Assembly (NCBI GenBank): GCA_905178155.1
Contig: CAJINV010000002.1
Coordinates: forward strand, 10,648,709 to 10,712,708
Direction of reading: 5' to 3'
Source of the DNA: Amoebophrya sp. A120
Lineage: Eukaryota; Protista; Dinoflagellata
Length of the DNA stretch: 64,000 bases
The notes under the pieces were generated by a model, which was not told the DNA's origin, made no database searches, and saw nothing but the letters and a program-made list of their open reading frames with translations. Position numbers and translations under genes: made by a program. Shown in pieces: positions 1 through 11,628 of this stretch. The stretch's first letter is position 1, and every line of letters starts with the position of its first letter.

Positions 1-473
1 CTCAAAAAAGCGATCGGGCGGCAAAACTTCTCAAAGTGCGCACTGTTCACGAGGAAAAAGTTCTGCAGCACGGAGAGCTTTTGAGAAAAATGACTGCTGT
101 CAAAGTAGCGCTGCATTTCGGCGAGGTACACACCGTACGGCGAAATCGGCCCGTTTTCGTTCGGTCCCCCACCCAAGGCATTCTGGTACGTCGTGCCGTA
201 CTTGGTCAAGATGTCGTTGCGCAGTTCGGCATTCAGCGGGTCGCACTGCAGCGCTTGCGGCCGGCGGTGCCGCACGAACCACCTCAAGCGGGAAAGCGCG
301 TTCGTGGTGTTCAGATCGGGTCGATCCTCGAAGTGAATGATGTGCGGCACAAGTTGGGCGTGCACGTTGTCTTCGCTCCTCCAAACCAGCTGCAACTGCC
401 AAAAGCTGCTGGCGAAGAAGAGCTGCACCCAACGAAGCAAACGCATTTTTCGGGGAAAACCTCCACAAACCAT
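1..473 (-). CDS. 5' part of a hypothetical, possibly secreted protein (runs off the window edge)
   Basis: Open minus frame from ATG 473 to position 1 (MVCGGFPRKMRLLRWVQLFFASSFW...VHAQLVPHIIHFEDRPDLNTTNALSRLRWF...); hydrophobic N-terminus; missing from the ORF track because no stop lies in the window. Confidence 0.55.
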   Translation of the reverse strand, partial: MVCGGFPRKMRLLRWVQLFFASSFWQLQLVWRSEDNVHAQLVPHIIHFEDRPDLNTTNALSRLRWFVRHRRPQALQCDPLNAELRNDILTKYGTTYQNALGGGPNENGPISPYGVYLAEMQRYFDSSHFSQKLSVLQNFFLVNSAHFEKFCRPIAFL

Positions 474-899
474 CGTGCTTCCAACAGAAGCAGCAATTGA
501 CGACGAACGTTAGCGTGACATCTTGACACACGTAGCCAAGACTGACCCTGGTGCTGTTCGGCGAAGAGCGTCAGTCGTGGAGAAGATCCTCTTTCGGAAA
601 GACGCGACTTTGCACAGAAAAAAAGCATCAAACAACACCGATTGTCCTTGAACACTAATCTAGAACGCTTTGTTCTCTACTGCACGAACGACCTGGAGGT
701 CCTTCCTAGAATCAGTGCGAGTCTGACTTCATCCTTCCTTCACCGCACAGACGGTGACTGGGTGCCTGTGTAGCGAGCACTATTTCTTCAGAAACGTCGA
801 CGATCGTACACAACATCTACGGACTATTTCAACCACCACGCACACATAAAACGCGCGATCCTGTCGAAATCTACGGAAAGTGGAAGAACTAATCAGATC

Positions 900-2580
900 C
901 TACGCTCCAGAAAGCGTTGGCACGCCTAGTATTTGCACCATCACAGCCTTGTCCTCCTCGATCTGTTTTTCCTTCGCCAAGGCTTCCTGCCTCGCCAACT
1001 GGTCCCGGGCGGACTCCTGTTTGGCCGGCGAATTGTTTCGCGTCGTGTAGTATCAAATGTAAAAATGTCTGGGTCTGGAAGATTGCGAGATTTGTCATGC
1101 ATATTTCGGATCACCCAAATGGCGTCTGATGCAGGCAAAAGCATCACAGGTTTTGAGCACGCCTCATGAAGCATGTCCCGCATGAGAAACTTCCTACTTG
1201 CGTGCCAAGAAATGGACAGCTTTTGGCGCTCATGCAACACAAATTTTTGTGTGTTCCAGAGTTTGCATCACAAGTTCCAACCCTTCCAGACCCAGACATT
1301 TTTACATTTGATATGTAGGTCGACGAGGCTGCGTTCTCTGCCGTGAAGGACAATTTTCTCGTATTACAGTGAAAAATGCCCCCCACCCCTTAAATTGTAA
1401 AAATTTGTGATGCGAAGTGTCCAAATGAAGACTTTTTGTCATGCATGAAAGGAGTATGCATCTTTCTGATGCAGGGTCTAGGCGTGTATCGCATCGCTTG
1501 CATGACAAGCGCCGCTCTTGCTGGGGTCTTTTGCAATACAATACATTCTTGCTGTTCACGATTGGAAACCTGTGATGCTGATAGATGCAAGAGGGTGAAT
1601 GTTTCATTTGGAAAGGTTTGCAATACAAATTCTCCCAAGTTCGGGGGTGGGGGCATTTTTCATTGTAATATCTCGCCCGGTTCCGTGCGCTGTTTTGCTT
1701 CGACGAAGAGGCGCTGGAGGCAAATCCTGGCTTGCCGCCGCGCTCAATCTCCACTGAAGCGTCCCGGACCTTGCTCGCTAGCTCCTTCAGCAATTTCTCG
1801 GTGGCCTCGTCGTCGAGTTGGCCGCGTTTGCTGGGGCTCTTCACCGAGCGGAGTTCCAGCGCTACACGCTCGACGAAGCTACGCCCCTGGCCCGCGATGC
1901 CGCCGACTTCGTTTTTCGGCGAGCGGGCGCTGCGCTTGGAGGTGCTCGCGATCGCTCCGAGAAGTTTTTGCACGTCAGATGTCGAGCCGGTCCGGGCGCG
2001 TGATTGATTTGGAGAGGACGCGCGCGACGAGGAGAGCACGTTGCGCGCACTGCTCGCACTCAGCATCAGGCGATCCTGTTTCGGTGTCAGGGATTCAATT
2101 GGAAAATAACGGAAGCGGGATTGAGAAGAGTAAAACTTCTCAGGCTGAGCGTGCAAAACCGTCGACGGAAAAAATCATATCCTGGACGCTACGTGTACGC
2201 ACCAAGAATAATAATACCTCCTGCTTTCCCGGAGCTTTTGTCTCCGTGAAGCTGGCAAACGCGCTTGACGGATAGAAGGGCGGTGGCTTTTTCGGCTTTT
2301 CTGCGGAACCTTTCTTTTTTTGCTCACTGTCAGATGAAGTCGGTTGCTTGGTAGACAAAAGCTCCGGTCGGGGTAGTGACGCGTCTTTCCGCGGAGTCTT
2401 TGCGCGCTTCGCCGACTTGCTACGGGTACGGCGTGCGGGGGCGAATGCGCCACCGGGTCTGTCTGTGATCTTGATGTTGAGGCAAGATTCCTTCAGCTTC
2501 AAAAAGCGATCGTATCGCTTCTCCTTTCTTTGGCACCGCTGCTGCAGCACAACTTCCTTGCGGGCGACCAGAACCTGGAG
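900..2580 (-). CDS. Hypothetical Ser/Lys-rich protein with one GT-AG intron (~2076-2216) and two inverted-repeat insertions; 5' exons uncertain
   Basis: Removing 1362-1670 and 1051-1313, each with one TSD copy, gives a continuous frame ...SARNRAR|KLSFTAENAASSTY|TTRNNSPAKQESARDQLARQEALAKEKQIEEDKAVMVQILGVPTLSGA* (TAG 902-900). Confidence 0.6.
1051..1313. mobile_element. Family A inverted-repeat introner/MITE, copy A1 (263 bp)
   Basis: TIR TATCAAATGTAAAAATGTCTGGGTCTGGAAG / CTTCCAGACCCAGACATTTTTACATTTGATA; TSD TGTAG at 1046-1050 and 1314-1318. Confidence 0.95.
1362..1670. mobile_element. Family B inverted-repeat introner/MITE, copy B1 (309 bp)
   Basis: TIR TATTACAGTGAAAAATGCCCCC(C)ACCCC / GGGGTGGGGGCATTTTTCATTGTAATA; TSD TCTCG at 1357-1361 and 1671-1675; closely similar to 26704-27008. 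Confidence 0.95.
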
Positions 2581-3329
2581 TTGAATGAAAGATTGTTCTT
2601 TAATACACATCAATAACATCAATAATATGCAGTGGCACTTTTTTCTTCCCTCCACTTCAAAAAAAATTATTGCAGGTCGTGCAAGAATAGAAAGCAACTA
2701 CATCAACTACCGCACGCCGTAGCTGCATCTCCTGCTTGGTACGCATCTGGATCCTACGTTGATCCTCTAGCGATACGCTATGTTCCCCGAAACGGCAGTA
2801 CCACATGGCTTCTGTCAGGCCCGCGAAAGTCAAAGAAATTAAAACAAGAAAAAACTTCTGTATTCTCTGAAAAGTAGACGCACCTTCTAGTAAGTCGATC
2901 CTTGCAGAAATCCCTTTCGAAGCTAAGCCTCAGCAGATTGTCGTCTCCGTTGGCGTTGTGCCGAAAAAGAAAGGCGACAAGAGAACCAACTCCAAATCTG
3001 ATGCGCACGCGAGCAACCGCGACGACATCTGTAATCCGAATCGTCGTGGTAACCTTCACCCTCAGCGCCCTCTTACACGAAGCTGCATCCATTGCGCTCG
3101 CACTCTTCGATGAAACAATGCCAACGACTCAACAGTTACGTCGGTGATTATCGAAGTCCAAACTTCAGAACACCAACGCCGACTACACCCGTCAGAGAGG
3201 CTTTAAAAATGACTCCACGGAGCAACTGCATGCACTATGCACAAGCTGAGCTGAAGCAACGAAAACGCCACGGCACTGATGACTCCAGTTCTAGTGCCGC
3301 GCGAAGCCATAAAGCCGTAGGGCACGGAA

Positions 3330-3990
3330 GGGTTTGGCCCTTCACCGCGGACGCGCCCAAGGTATTCAATGGGTACAATACGGCGCCGGTGCCGGTGCCC
3401 GGAATAAAGGCTGCGAGGAAACAACAGGCCGCCCGGGCAAAGGTCCGGGCAGCCGTGAAGAGGCGCGCCAGGCGGGGCCTCCGAACCACACACACGGCGC
3501 GCAATTAATTCGCGCGGCACGCTGCCGCCCGGGGTGCGCCGGGCCTCTTGCGGCCTAGCTGCAGCACAATCGCGCCCGGCGCCCTGCCGCGTTCCCTGCT
3601 GACTTCCCGGTAGAAATCTTGTTTCAGCTGCCGGCGATTCGTGTTTCGGCCTGCTCGCAAGGCGCTCGGCCAAGTCAGCGGACTGCTGGCGCACGTTTTC
3701 GCTAAGACTCGGCTGGCTCGCGCCTGGCCCGGAGTGCGCGAACATTAAGTAGAAGCGCGCTTCTCCTGGCGCGCGCAGGTAACGGGGCGCATCGTCGCGC
3801 TCACATTCATCGGCAGCCTGCATCTGGTGCGGCGCGTGGCATAAGCCGGCCACGGGGCGAAGCCGCGCCCCAATTTAAAAGGGCACGCAGGGCGGCGCTG
3901 TGTGTATTGATAGACCAGAATAGAGCGCCCACCCACGTAACGTATTTCCCGTCGCTGTGCATCATTGCAGCGCAGCATCGCAGAGTTCGC
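3330..3990. other. GC-rich, apparently non-coding island (possible degenerate mobile element)
   Basis: GC jump over the flanks; only low-complexity Arg/Ala/Gly ORFs; GTATT-N10-AATA sites near both ends (3362-3381, 3904-3923). Confidence 0.3.
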
Positions 3991-4214
3991 TCGCTCACAC
4001 TCGTGCTGGTGCCCTCACTCTCTGATACTCCATCGTCTCAGATACAGTAGCATCTCGACTCATCCTCCTACGCTTTTCCTCCCGCTCAGTCAACGAGAAC
4101 ACCCGCAGTCGCGACAGCGCCCGACCACAAATCTTTCTGTTGATGATCATTGTGCTGAATAGATACGGATCGATCAAATCACTGATCTGCGAATAACCAC
4201 GCCCTCAAATTATA

Positions 4215-5516
4215 TCAATCGTGATAAAAGCTGAATACTCTCGTTTCCTTTCCCCTCACGAGAACCAAATGCACACCTGAAAAGTCTTCTGGAATCTTTG
4301 TGTACAGACTCACATCGGTGCAGGGCTTTTCGAAAAAGTTGTCCTGAAACATGTCGTCGAGGGTCTGGGGTACGTGCTGCGGCCGCGCGTTTCTCAGCAA
4401 CGGATCGTAATCATCCACATCGGTTGCGTAGACATGAATATTGAAGTCCTGTTCATTGACTGAAGAGGCTTCCTTGCTGAAAAAATGCAGGATCTCCCGG
4501 AACAGTGACTCTGTGTTTTCCAGCATGTACTCCTCGAGAAATCGGAGCGCCGACAGAACTTTTGTTTGGATCTTCTTCTTGTTTTTGTCTTCTCGCGAGT
4601 TGTCAGCACTTTCTCCACCTACAGGAGCATGATCTTCTGCTGCTGGAGGCGTCTTCGAAATTCGAAAATGCCTCGCGAAATCTTCCCCCGACATCGTTCC
4701 CAGGAAGCTAACCAGAAGTGACGAAACAAGGTGCACCTCGTGCAGGCTGGAGTAGATCTGCTCCACGGCAAGAATACTGTCGTAGAAAAGCGCTTGCTTG
4801 ATCGACTGATGCGTAGAGGTCTTATTTGTCGACCCTGCAGACCGTTTGCGTGGACTCTCCTCCTCGTCTTCGCGGGCAAAAAAGCGCTCCTCCGTGGTCC
4901 AGAGGCGGATAACCCCTTCTCTGTCCGACACTGAGTGCTTACACAACGCGGGAAATTCCAAGAGCGCGTCCTGAATCGTCGTCGCCGCTGCTGATGCGCT
5001 GCCTGCGGCTAGGCTGATTCCCGCTGGGGAAAGCCCAGTGACCAAGGCTGCGTGTAGCGCGTTCTGCCCATCCACGGCCAACAGCACTTTCGGCTCGAGA
5101 AAGTGGTCCGCCCGCTTGCAGACCACCTCGTGCGTAAAAGCCGTCGGCGCGGGGGGAAGCTTCTCCTTGTAGTGTCGACTGATTAGCGCAATTTCTAAAT
5201 GATTCGCCGTTTTCGCCATTTCTCGACCGGCTAGACGACACAGCGGTAGGACCTTCTTTAACACGATCTCCCCCGCGTCAGCCGCTCCCGCGCGCAAGGC
5301 GGAGTGGGCGTGCGTCGGAATGTCCTTGTGCACGTACTCCTCCAAAATTTGCACCGCTTCGCACGCCGCTGTCTCACTTGCGGCGCTGCTGCTGATTGCC
5401 GTGGAGGAGGAGCTGCTGGACTCAATCGTGCTCACAGGGGTCTCCTTCTTTTCCAAAGCCCCTACGCGCGGCTGAAACTGGGCGCGAGAGACCAGCTGCG
5501 AGACTTTCACCACCAT
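4215..5516 (-). CDS. Hypothetical protein, 433 aa, single exon
   Basis: Long ATG-initiated ORF with protein-like composition; no family recognised. Confidence 0.7.
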   Translation of the reverse strand: MVVKVSQLVSRAQFQPRVGALEKKETPVSTIESSSSSSTAISSSAASETAACEAVQILEEYVHKDIPTHAHSALRAGAADAGEIVLKKVLPLCRLAGREMAKTANHLEIALISRHYKEKLPPAPTAFTHEVVCKRADHFLEPKVLLAVDGQNALHAALVTGLSPAGISLAAGSASAAATTIQDALLEFPALCKHSVSDREGVIRLWTTEERFFAREDEEESPRKRSAGSTNKTSTHQSIKQALFYDSILAVEQIYSSLHEVHLVSSLLVSFLGTMSGEDFARHFRISKTPPAAEDHAPVGGESADNSREDKNKKKIQTKVLSALRFLEEYMLENTESLFREILHFFSKEASSVNEQDFNIHVYATDVDDYDPLLRNARPQHVPQTLDDMFQDNFFEKPCTDVSLYTKIPEDFSGVHLVLVRGKETRVFSFYHD

Positions 5517-6009
5517 CTTGATTAGTTTCGCGAAGAAGTTGCGGATCTCACAAAACTGGAAGTAAAACTAGAACGAGGATGAAAAGCAGACCGACTAAGA
5601 CCTGAAAAATCTCGAAATCTATCACATACAGAATGTCGAGACCCAAGGACACGAGCTCGCATATAGCCGCTCCCCGCAGCAATAACAAATTCCCTCATCA
5701 AACTCCTCCATCTCGAGCATACCAAACCTCATTCCTTTTGGTATCTCGACAAGTAAAAATCGCAAGCGCTCCTAGTTTGAATCAGCGCTCACACCAAACT
5801 CGCAGACTTGATTGCGCACAGAAGTGTTAGCGGCGCGCGATGCAGGCGGAACAGGGGACCAGCAATGTGAGGCTTAATGCGCAGTCGGCGCACTTGTCTC
5901 ATTCATCACATTCTTCGTCTTTGCTTTTGCTTTGTGCGCCGAGGAGTTGCAAATCGGACTTCCACGAACCGTAATCCACGCTTTTAGCTACACCGCGCAA
6001 CAAGAGAAT

Positions 6010-7201
6010 TCATCTTTGTCTTTCTTGCTGCAGTTTCGTGACGTCGTCCATGATTGCGTAGGCCGGATAGACCAGGCCCTGCACCCGTTTCGCGACGTCG
6101 ATGAACTCGGCGAAGGTGATGCGTTCCGACTTGGCCTTTTTGGCCAGCGTGAACACCTTATCCACCCGCCGGTTGATGTCCTGTGTGGAGGACTGCTGCG
6201 CCAGAAAGTTCGCCTTCAGGATCTGGCCGATTTCTTCCTTGCCCAGGTGCCCCGTGTTCTCCGTGTCGCAGATCATGAACGCGAACTTCAGCCTTTCCTC
6301 CTTCGTGGTACTGGAGCAGTAGGCAGACAGCCCGACGATGAACTCGACCATTTCTACGGTTCCGCTCCCGTCCATGTCGAAGATGTCAAACAGCGCACGA
6401 ATCATGTCGTTATCGTCTTCCTCAAGCACTAAGCAGAACTCGGAGTAAGTGATACTCCCCAGCTCGTCGCGATCAATCTCCAAGAAGCGCTCGTAGTACC
6501 GCTTCAGCTCGTTCGGCGCCACAGCAAACTGCCGCAAGATGTTGTAGTTCTTTTCGGTTGCGTCACCCGGCTTCATGTCCTTGTCCGCATTCAAAACGTT
6601 CTTCCGCGCCGCCCGGGCCTCCTTCTTCCGCAGCTCTGCGGCCTGCTGGGCGCCCGCCACGTTCTCAATACCTGTTTCAGGAGGAGGGCACTTTCCAAAA
6701 AGCGTGACTCGCATGGTTGGCCGAAAGATCGTAACCGAAAGCAAATACTTTGTTCTGCCGATAGGCACACACCACACATACACACTGTACTATATCAAAC
6801 TTACCCTGTGACGCCAGCTGCTCGAGCTCCTTTTTTGTCTTGTCGGAGGCAAACTTGACGTTCTTCATTTCGTTCACCACCGCGGCCTCGCCAAACACGC
6901 GCATCCACTCCTCTATGCCGATCTGCCCGATCCCGTCCTCATCCACCATGCGGATCATCTCGTCAATCTCCTCATCTAGTGGCTTTTCCCCTAAAACCGT
7001 GAGAAAGTGCCGTAATTCCGCAGCCCCGATGAAGCCGTTGCCGTCCACATCAAGACTGCCAAAGGCTTCCCGCAACGCCCGGTGGCCGACCCCGGGAAGT
7101 TTCTGGGGCGGAAAGGGAAGTGCGAGGAAATCGCCCTTGTTGGCGGCGGCTGAGCCCGCGGCCGGCTGCGCCGCGTTCGTCAGCGCCGGCTTGCTTTGCA
7201 T
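6010..7201 (-). CDS. Multi-EF-hand calcium-binding protein (calmodulin-like N-terminal pair plus calcineurin-B-like C-terminal region)
   Basis: EF loops [60 protein letters not shown]; ERLKFAF motif; GT-AG intron 6672-6804 joins ...SQG|IENVAG in frame. Start uncertain. Confidence 0.85.
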
Positions 7202-7758
7202 GAGTTGTTTGCTATGAACGAACGTGGAACCAAAATCTGACTTGTCGCTCCGGAGAATTCGCTCGTGGGCTGAATGAAAGAAAGGCTCTGCCCTCAACAC
7301 ACTCACGTGTAGTACTTGATGCGGGTCCTGGTCGTGTGCGAATGTAGTAAAGACAGAGAGTACAAGAACTGTCGTAATAACATGTTTACGAGTAACTCAT
7401 CCGAGAACAGTATACTTACTTCGTACTGTGTGCGTTCCCGATTCCCCGAGTACGGAGTTCATGAAAAATAACTGGCACTTATCATGCCTGTCTTTCCTGT
7501 ACCGCATTGTCAAAATCAACGGCTAATGCCGTCTCAGAATCGCATGGGAACCATCCAATGGAAATGTCGGATCGATATCTGTGCTCGACATGGCGCAAGA
7601 AACCACTTGTTCGTCGACATGCTTCTTGTCCGATGTAGAGAAATAAACGCCGCGTATTGATTCGTAGTCACGACCGCCGCAAAAGCTCCTCTCAAAACGC
7701 AACTAGCTCGCTTGCCCTTTTCAACCGGTGCAGCTTCCCGATTTGCTTCCTCGACAAG

Positions 7759-8304
7759 TCAGTCTGGCACTTGCAGAGATTCCTCGAAGCCGCAGACTAT
7801 CTCTTTCGCCTGTTGCCTGCTTACCGCCGAGTTAGTCGGGTGTCCCTCCCGCTCCAACGAGCGGCGCACACGCGTTGCGGGAAGATCCAGGTGGTCGAAC
7901 CACGCGCACTCCAAATTTTCAGCGGTCAAGCCGTACCAAAGAGCCTCTGAAACCCACTGCTTACGCTGCCACTAATCGATGTTGCACCGGGCGATGATCA
8001 GGAGAAGGTTTTCGTATTCTGAACAGTACTCTTCTTTCCTTTCGCTTTCGTCCACGACGACGCCGCCTGTGACGTCAAGATTACTGAAAGGTCTGTCTGT
8101 ATTGCCCGACAAAAAGTCTTCATTAAGCTCCCGAAATTGCTTCACACAGGCCCAGCGCCTGGTGAGGTCGTCTCGCGAAATAATGTCCACACGCGTTTCT
8201 GGTCGGCAGTTTAGCTTCAAGTTCGCAGCAAAAGTGCAATTCCCCGAACCCGGTGTGCCCATCAGCACCAAAATGAGAATGCGGTCAGTCCCAATTCTTT
8301 GCAT
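7759..8304 (-). pseudogene. Probable pseudogene of an AAA_33/polynucleotide-kinase-like P-loop protein
   Basis: ILILVLMGTPGSGNCT (Walker A with Lys replaced by Asn), ISRDDL, LIIARCNID*WQRKQW, RRSLEREGHPT; family-like sequence continues past an in-frame TAG at 7972-7974. Confidence 0.6.
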
Positions 8305-8880
8305 GGTGAGTAAGAACGTCCCACAACTCCTAAAAACCACAAACTAGATCGTTATAGGAAACAGTAACTGAAAGAGAGACAGACTGCGACTGGCGGAACG
8401 GCTCTCGGAGAAGATAAAAACAGATCTCACTAGCGACTGAAAAGATCGGTTTATATGGCACGCTTTGACATTTTAGATATATGCGCAACAGCTGCTGCCG
8501 CGAACGGAACTACCTCCAGCAAAAATTTCTTAAAACGATTTGCAGCCGCCTGGTCACTCGTGCTACGAAGCTGAATGCTAAACGTACAGACAGTCAGTAG
8601 CAAAACGATAAACGATGCTCGTTGATGTTGTTCCTACAATATCAAATGTGAACATGGACGGTCCTCGTGAAGTGATAAAGCGGGAAAGTAACTACGTAGT
8701 GTGTCACCAAGCCTCGTGCGCTTTCATGCGAGATAGAGGACTATGACGAGTGTATTCTCAAAGTAAACATGTGAAAATGTCCCACGGGGGGCAGTGGTCC
8801 TTTCTCTTACACACGCCGGTTTACATTTTGAAAAGTTTTTCTTTCGTCGTAGTTATTTTTACAGCCAACAGTTTTCTTTA

Positions 8881-10282
8881 TCACCACCCTTCGTACTCGC
8901 GCATGGAGGGTTGTGGCGCGCTGGCGGGACTGTTCAACGCACTGCCACCGCCGCCCTTACCAACGGAGGGCGCTCGCTCCGCTGCGTCCCCGCCCTTCTC
9001 CGTGCCGCCCTTCTCGGTATAGCGGTAGGGTTCCGCTCGGTGGGTCTTACCCTTCCCGTTAAAACCGTAGCCCTTGCCCTTTCCCTTGCCGTAATATTGG
9101 TCCTTGCCGCACACAACGCACGGATTTACGTTCCACACGACCGTTGAATAGCAGTTGCCGCACTTTCTGCTCACGCCCTTGCCAACTATGTATAATTTTT
9201 GGAAACCAAAATGCGTCACGATTCGATGAGCATCAGGGCGTCGCCATTTTTCGATCAGATACATTACAATCAACACAAAAAACGAGATTATGAGCGGTTG
9301 CTTGATCAAATTCCGCCTTCAGTCATAAAATCGAAGTTACCTGGCTGCGATCTTGGCCCGCTAATAATGACCACTTGTTGCGCCTTGGGCTTCGATTCGT
9401 CTGTCCAGTCCATTGTGAATCGTACCTGTTTAGAGTTTGAGAACAGTATGTGAAAACTGATCCGCCCAAAAACTACAACAGAAGAAGCATACAATTCTAG
9501 AAGCGCTCGTACTTGCGAAGGTAGCTGATCACTTACAACCCACGCAAATTTTCCACCTTCGTTTTCTCCGGGTCTCTTGTGCTGATGAGTTCTTTGGGGC
9601 CGCTTTCCACATCCTGGAACTGATTTCGGTGCAAAAACACGTCCGTGTCCAGCGTGCATGGGTTGGCAAGGATGAAGCCCCAGCCGGACTGGGGATCGTA
9701 CACTTTTATCTCGCCAGTAAGACCCTCCACTACTTCGCCCTTTACCGCAAAAACCTTTATTTCGTCCTCGGACCCGCCACTGTCATGTACCACGGCCTCG
9801 GGGTTTCCGCCACCCTCAGGGTCGCTCGATCGGTGCACCCCTTCTTGCGCCGTCGAGCTGGAGCCGCCATTCTGGTAGCTTTGCTCCTGGACGACCAGGT
9901 CCGGGCTCACGTATGTTGGGTCGCCTGCAGAGGTTAGTTCATCTTCGTCGCGTAGGCGTACAAAATCAAAAATGATCGAAAAAATAAAGCTTCTAGAACT
10001 TTCAGTGCCATTCCTTCACAATTTTTTTCTTTCCATACCACGGCGCACAAACTTGCAAGACGCACTTCTGAAAATGTAAGAGAATTTTTCACATCATTGA
10101 TAGATACCGCTATGGCTGGGAACTCCTTCGCCGGCAGGAGGCGCCAGACTCCCAACGAACTTGCTGTAACCATTCGGGGCTGCTTTGGGTACGGGAGCGC
10201 CCGTCATGATCGGCTCGCCTATGATGCCTGACTCTTCGATCACAACTTGCCCGGAAGTATGGTCCCACGCATTGTCGGCCAT
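8881..10282 (-). CDS. Cold-shock-domain nucleic-acid-binding protein with a C-terminal CxxC...CxxC motif and GK-rich tail (multi-exon)
   Basis: GEIKVYDPQSGWGFI (RNP1-like), DVFLHRNQF (RNP2-like), next exon QVRFTMDWTDESKPKAQQV, last exon KCGNC...PCVVCGKDQYYGKGKGKG. 5' exon tentative. Confidence 0.75.
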
Positions 10283-11628
10283 AAGCAATACAGTCGTTTT
10301 TGAAACCAGAAACAGGGTAAGAACTCTCAAATATCAACTTGATGTCGCTACTCAAACTGCCTGGAGGTTTATCTACTTGATATTCAACAGGAATCGATGA
10401 AAAACTGAAAATGGTCAAAAAGTAGCTCAACTTTGCTGCGGTCGCGATCGATACTTTCAATTTCAGAAAGCAAAGCTCAAGTAAAATTTTGGCTCTTACA
10501 CTACATCAAATGTGCGAAACGTATAAGTATCGAGTTACTTTCTACTCCGGCGAGGTCGACAAATTCAGGTTGTTTTTGTCATCAAATAATTTCAGAAACG
10601 TCTAGGAAACTTTACTCTTTTCTTGATCTTACTTATCTTCAAAAAGTGGTGCCTGTCCTGGCTAATATTCCCTGGAAGCGCAACTTCCAACATGATAGTC
10701 GATCCGATATGACTCTGTTTTTGTTCTTCTGGTGGATCATACGTTAGCTGCAAGTTTGATCGTCAAGACTTCACAAACCTTTCGTGCAAGCTTGTGGAAC
10801 ACTGGCACGCAAAAGCGTCACACTGTGAATTTGGCGCAGATGCAAGATAATTGGACGGCCGCCAGACGATGAATCAGTTAGCAGCCGCCGAGGTTCGTTT
10901 ACCGTTTTTTCAATATTCAGAAAACAAAAAGAACGTCCAACAAAAAAATCAATGTGCCAAAGAAATCCCGTCGCCAACTCGCGAAGGCCTGCAAGTCCAA
11001 AATGTTGTTTTCACCAGACAAATTAATATTTCACACCCGTCGAAACCCCTGCTCAACACTGAGCTAAGCGCGTTTTTTTCATGAGAATAGATATCTAGGT
11101 TTACATTTTCTTTTGTGTCGTAGCGCACACCCCCCAATTTCAGAATTCCAGTCATGCTCATCTTGTTCTCGTGCTCATCCGCGGCATGTACAATAAATGT
11201 CGTAAGAAAATCATACACCATGATTGATATGATTCTTTTTCCAAACTCGTACATACAGTTGTCGTTTGCTTGGTCATGATGCTTCTAAAAAAACAGTCTA
11301 GCATAACGCGTTTACATCGCTGTCCGCTTTGTTTCCAGTGTTCTGTCACCGCCGCGGAAATAATAAGGCCGCGAAATTACTAGTACATTGCTAGAAAATT
11401 AGTTGTATTTTTTTTGATACACGCTCATGTTTTCTTATTAGCGCTGCAGCCACAGAAGAGCATATGATATCGTACAGGTTACTGATGTTGTTAAAAAACC
11501 AACAGTCGCTACATCCCCCAGCAGGCCTAAGCTCTTTTGTGTACAGATCGTTCTTTCCTTCGTTTCGCTTGCATACATCAACCAAATGAAACATCAGAAC
11601 GAAGAGCTCGAAAAAAATAAAAAGATCT

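Noticed and set aside
1046-1318. A1 as a U12-type AT-AC intron (one sliding position gives AT...AC)
   Set aside because: At that register the other nine elements end in varied dinucleotides, and the full ATATCCTT donor is absent.
941-1656. Recurring small ORFs containing SNVKMSGSG, FQTQTFLHL, CKNVWVWK or MYCKPFQMKHS as a protein family
   Set aside because: They are translations of family A/B element TIRs and interiors, found in any frame with stops; no transposase motif.
10474-10495. Possible dinoflagellate spliced-leader relic (GCTCAAG...TTTTGGCTC)
   Set aside because: Only short, out-of-order matches to DCCGTAGCCATTTTGGCTCAAG; compatible with chance.
10500-11600. Short ORFs in an AT-richer stretch as a decayed gene or transposase
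   Set aside because: No recognisable motif or consistent frame by eye; needs TBLASTX.
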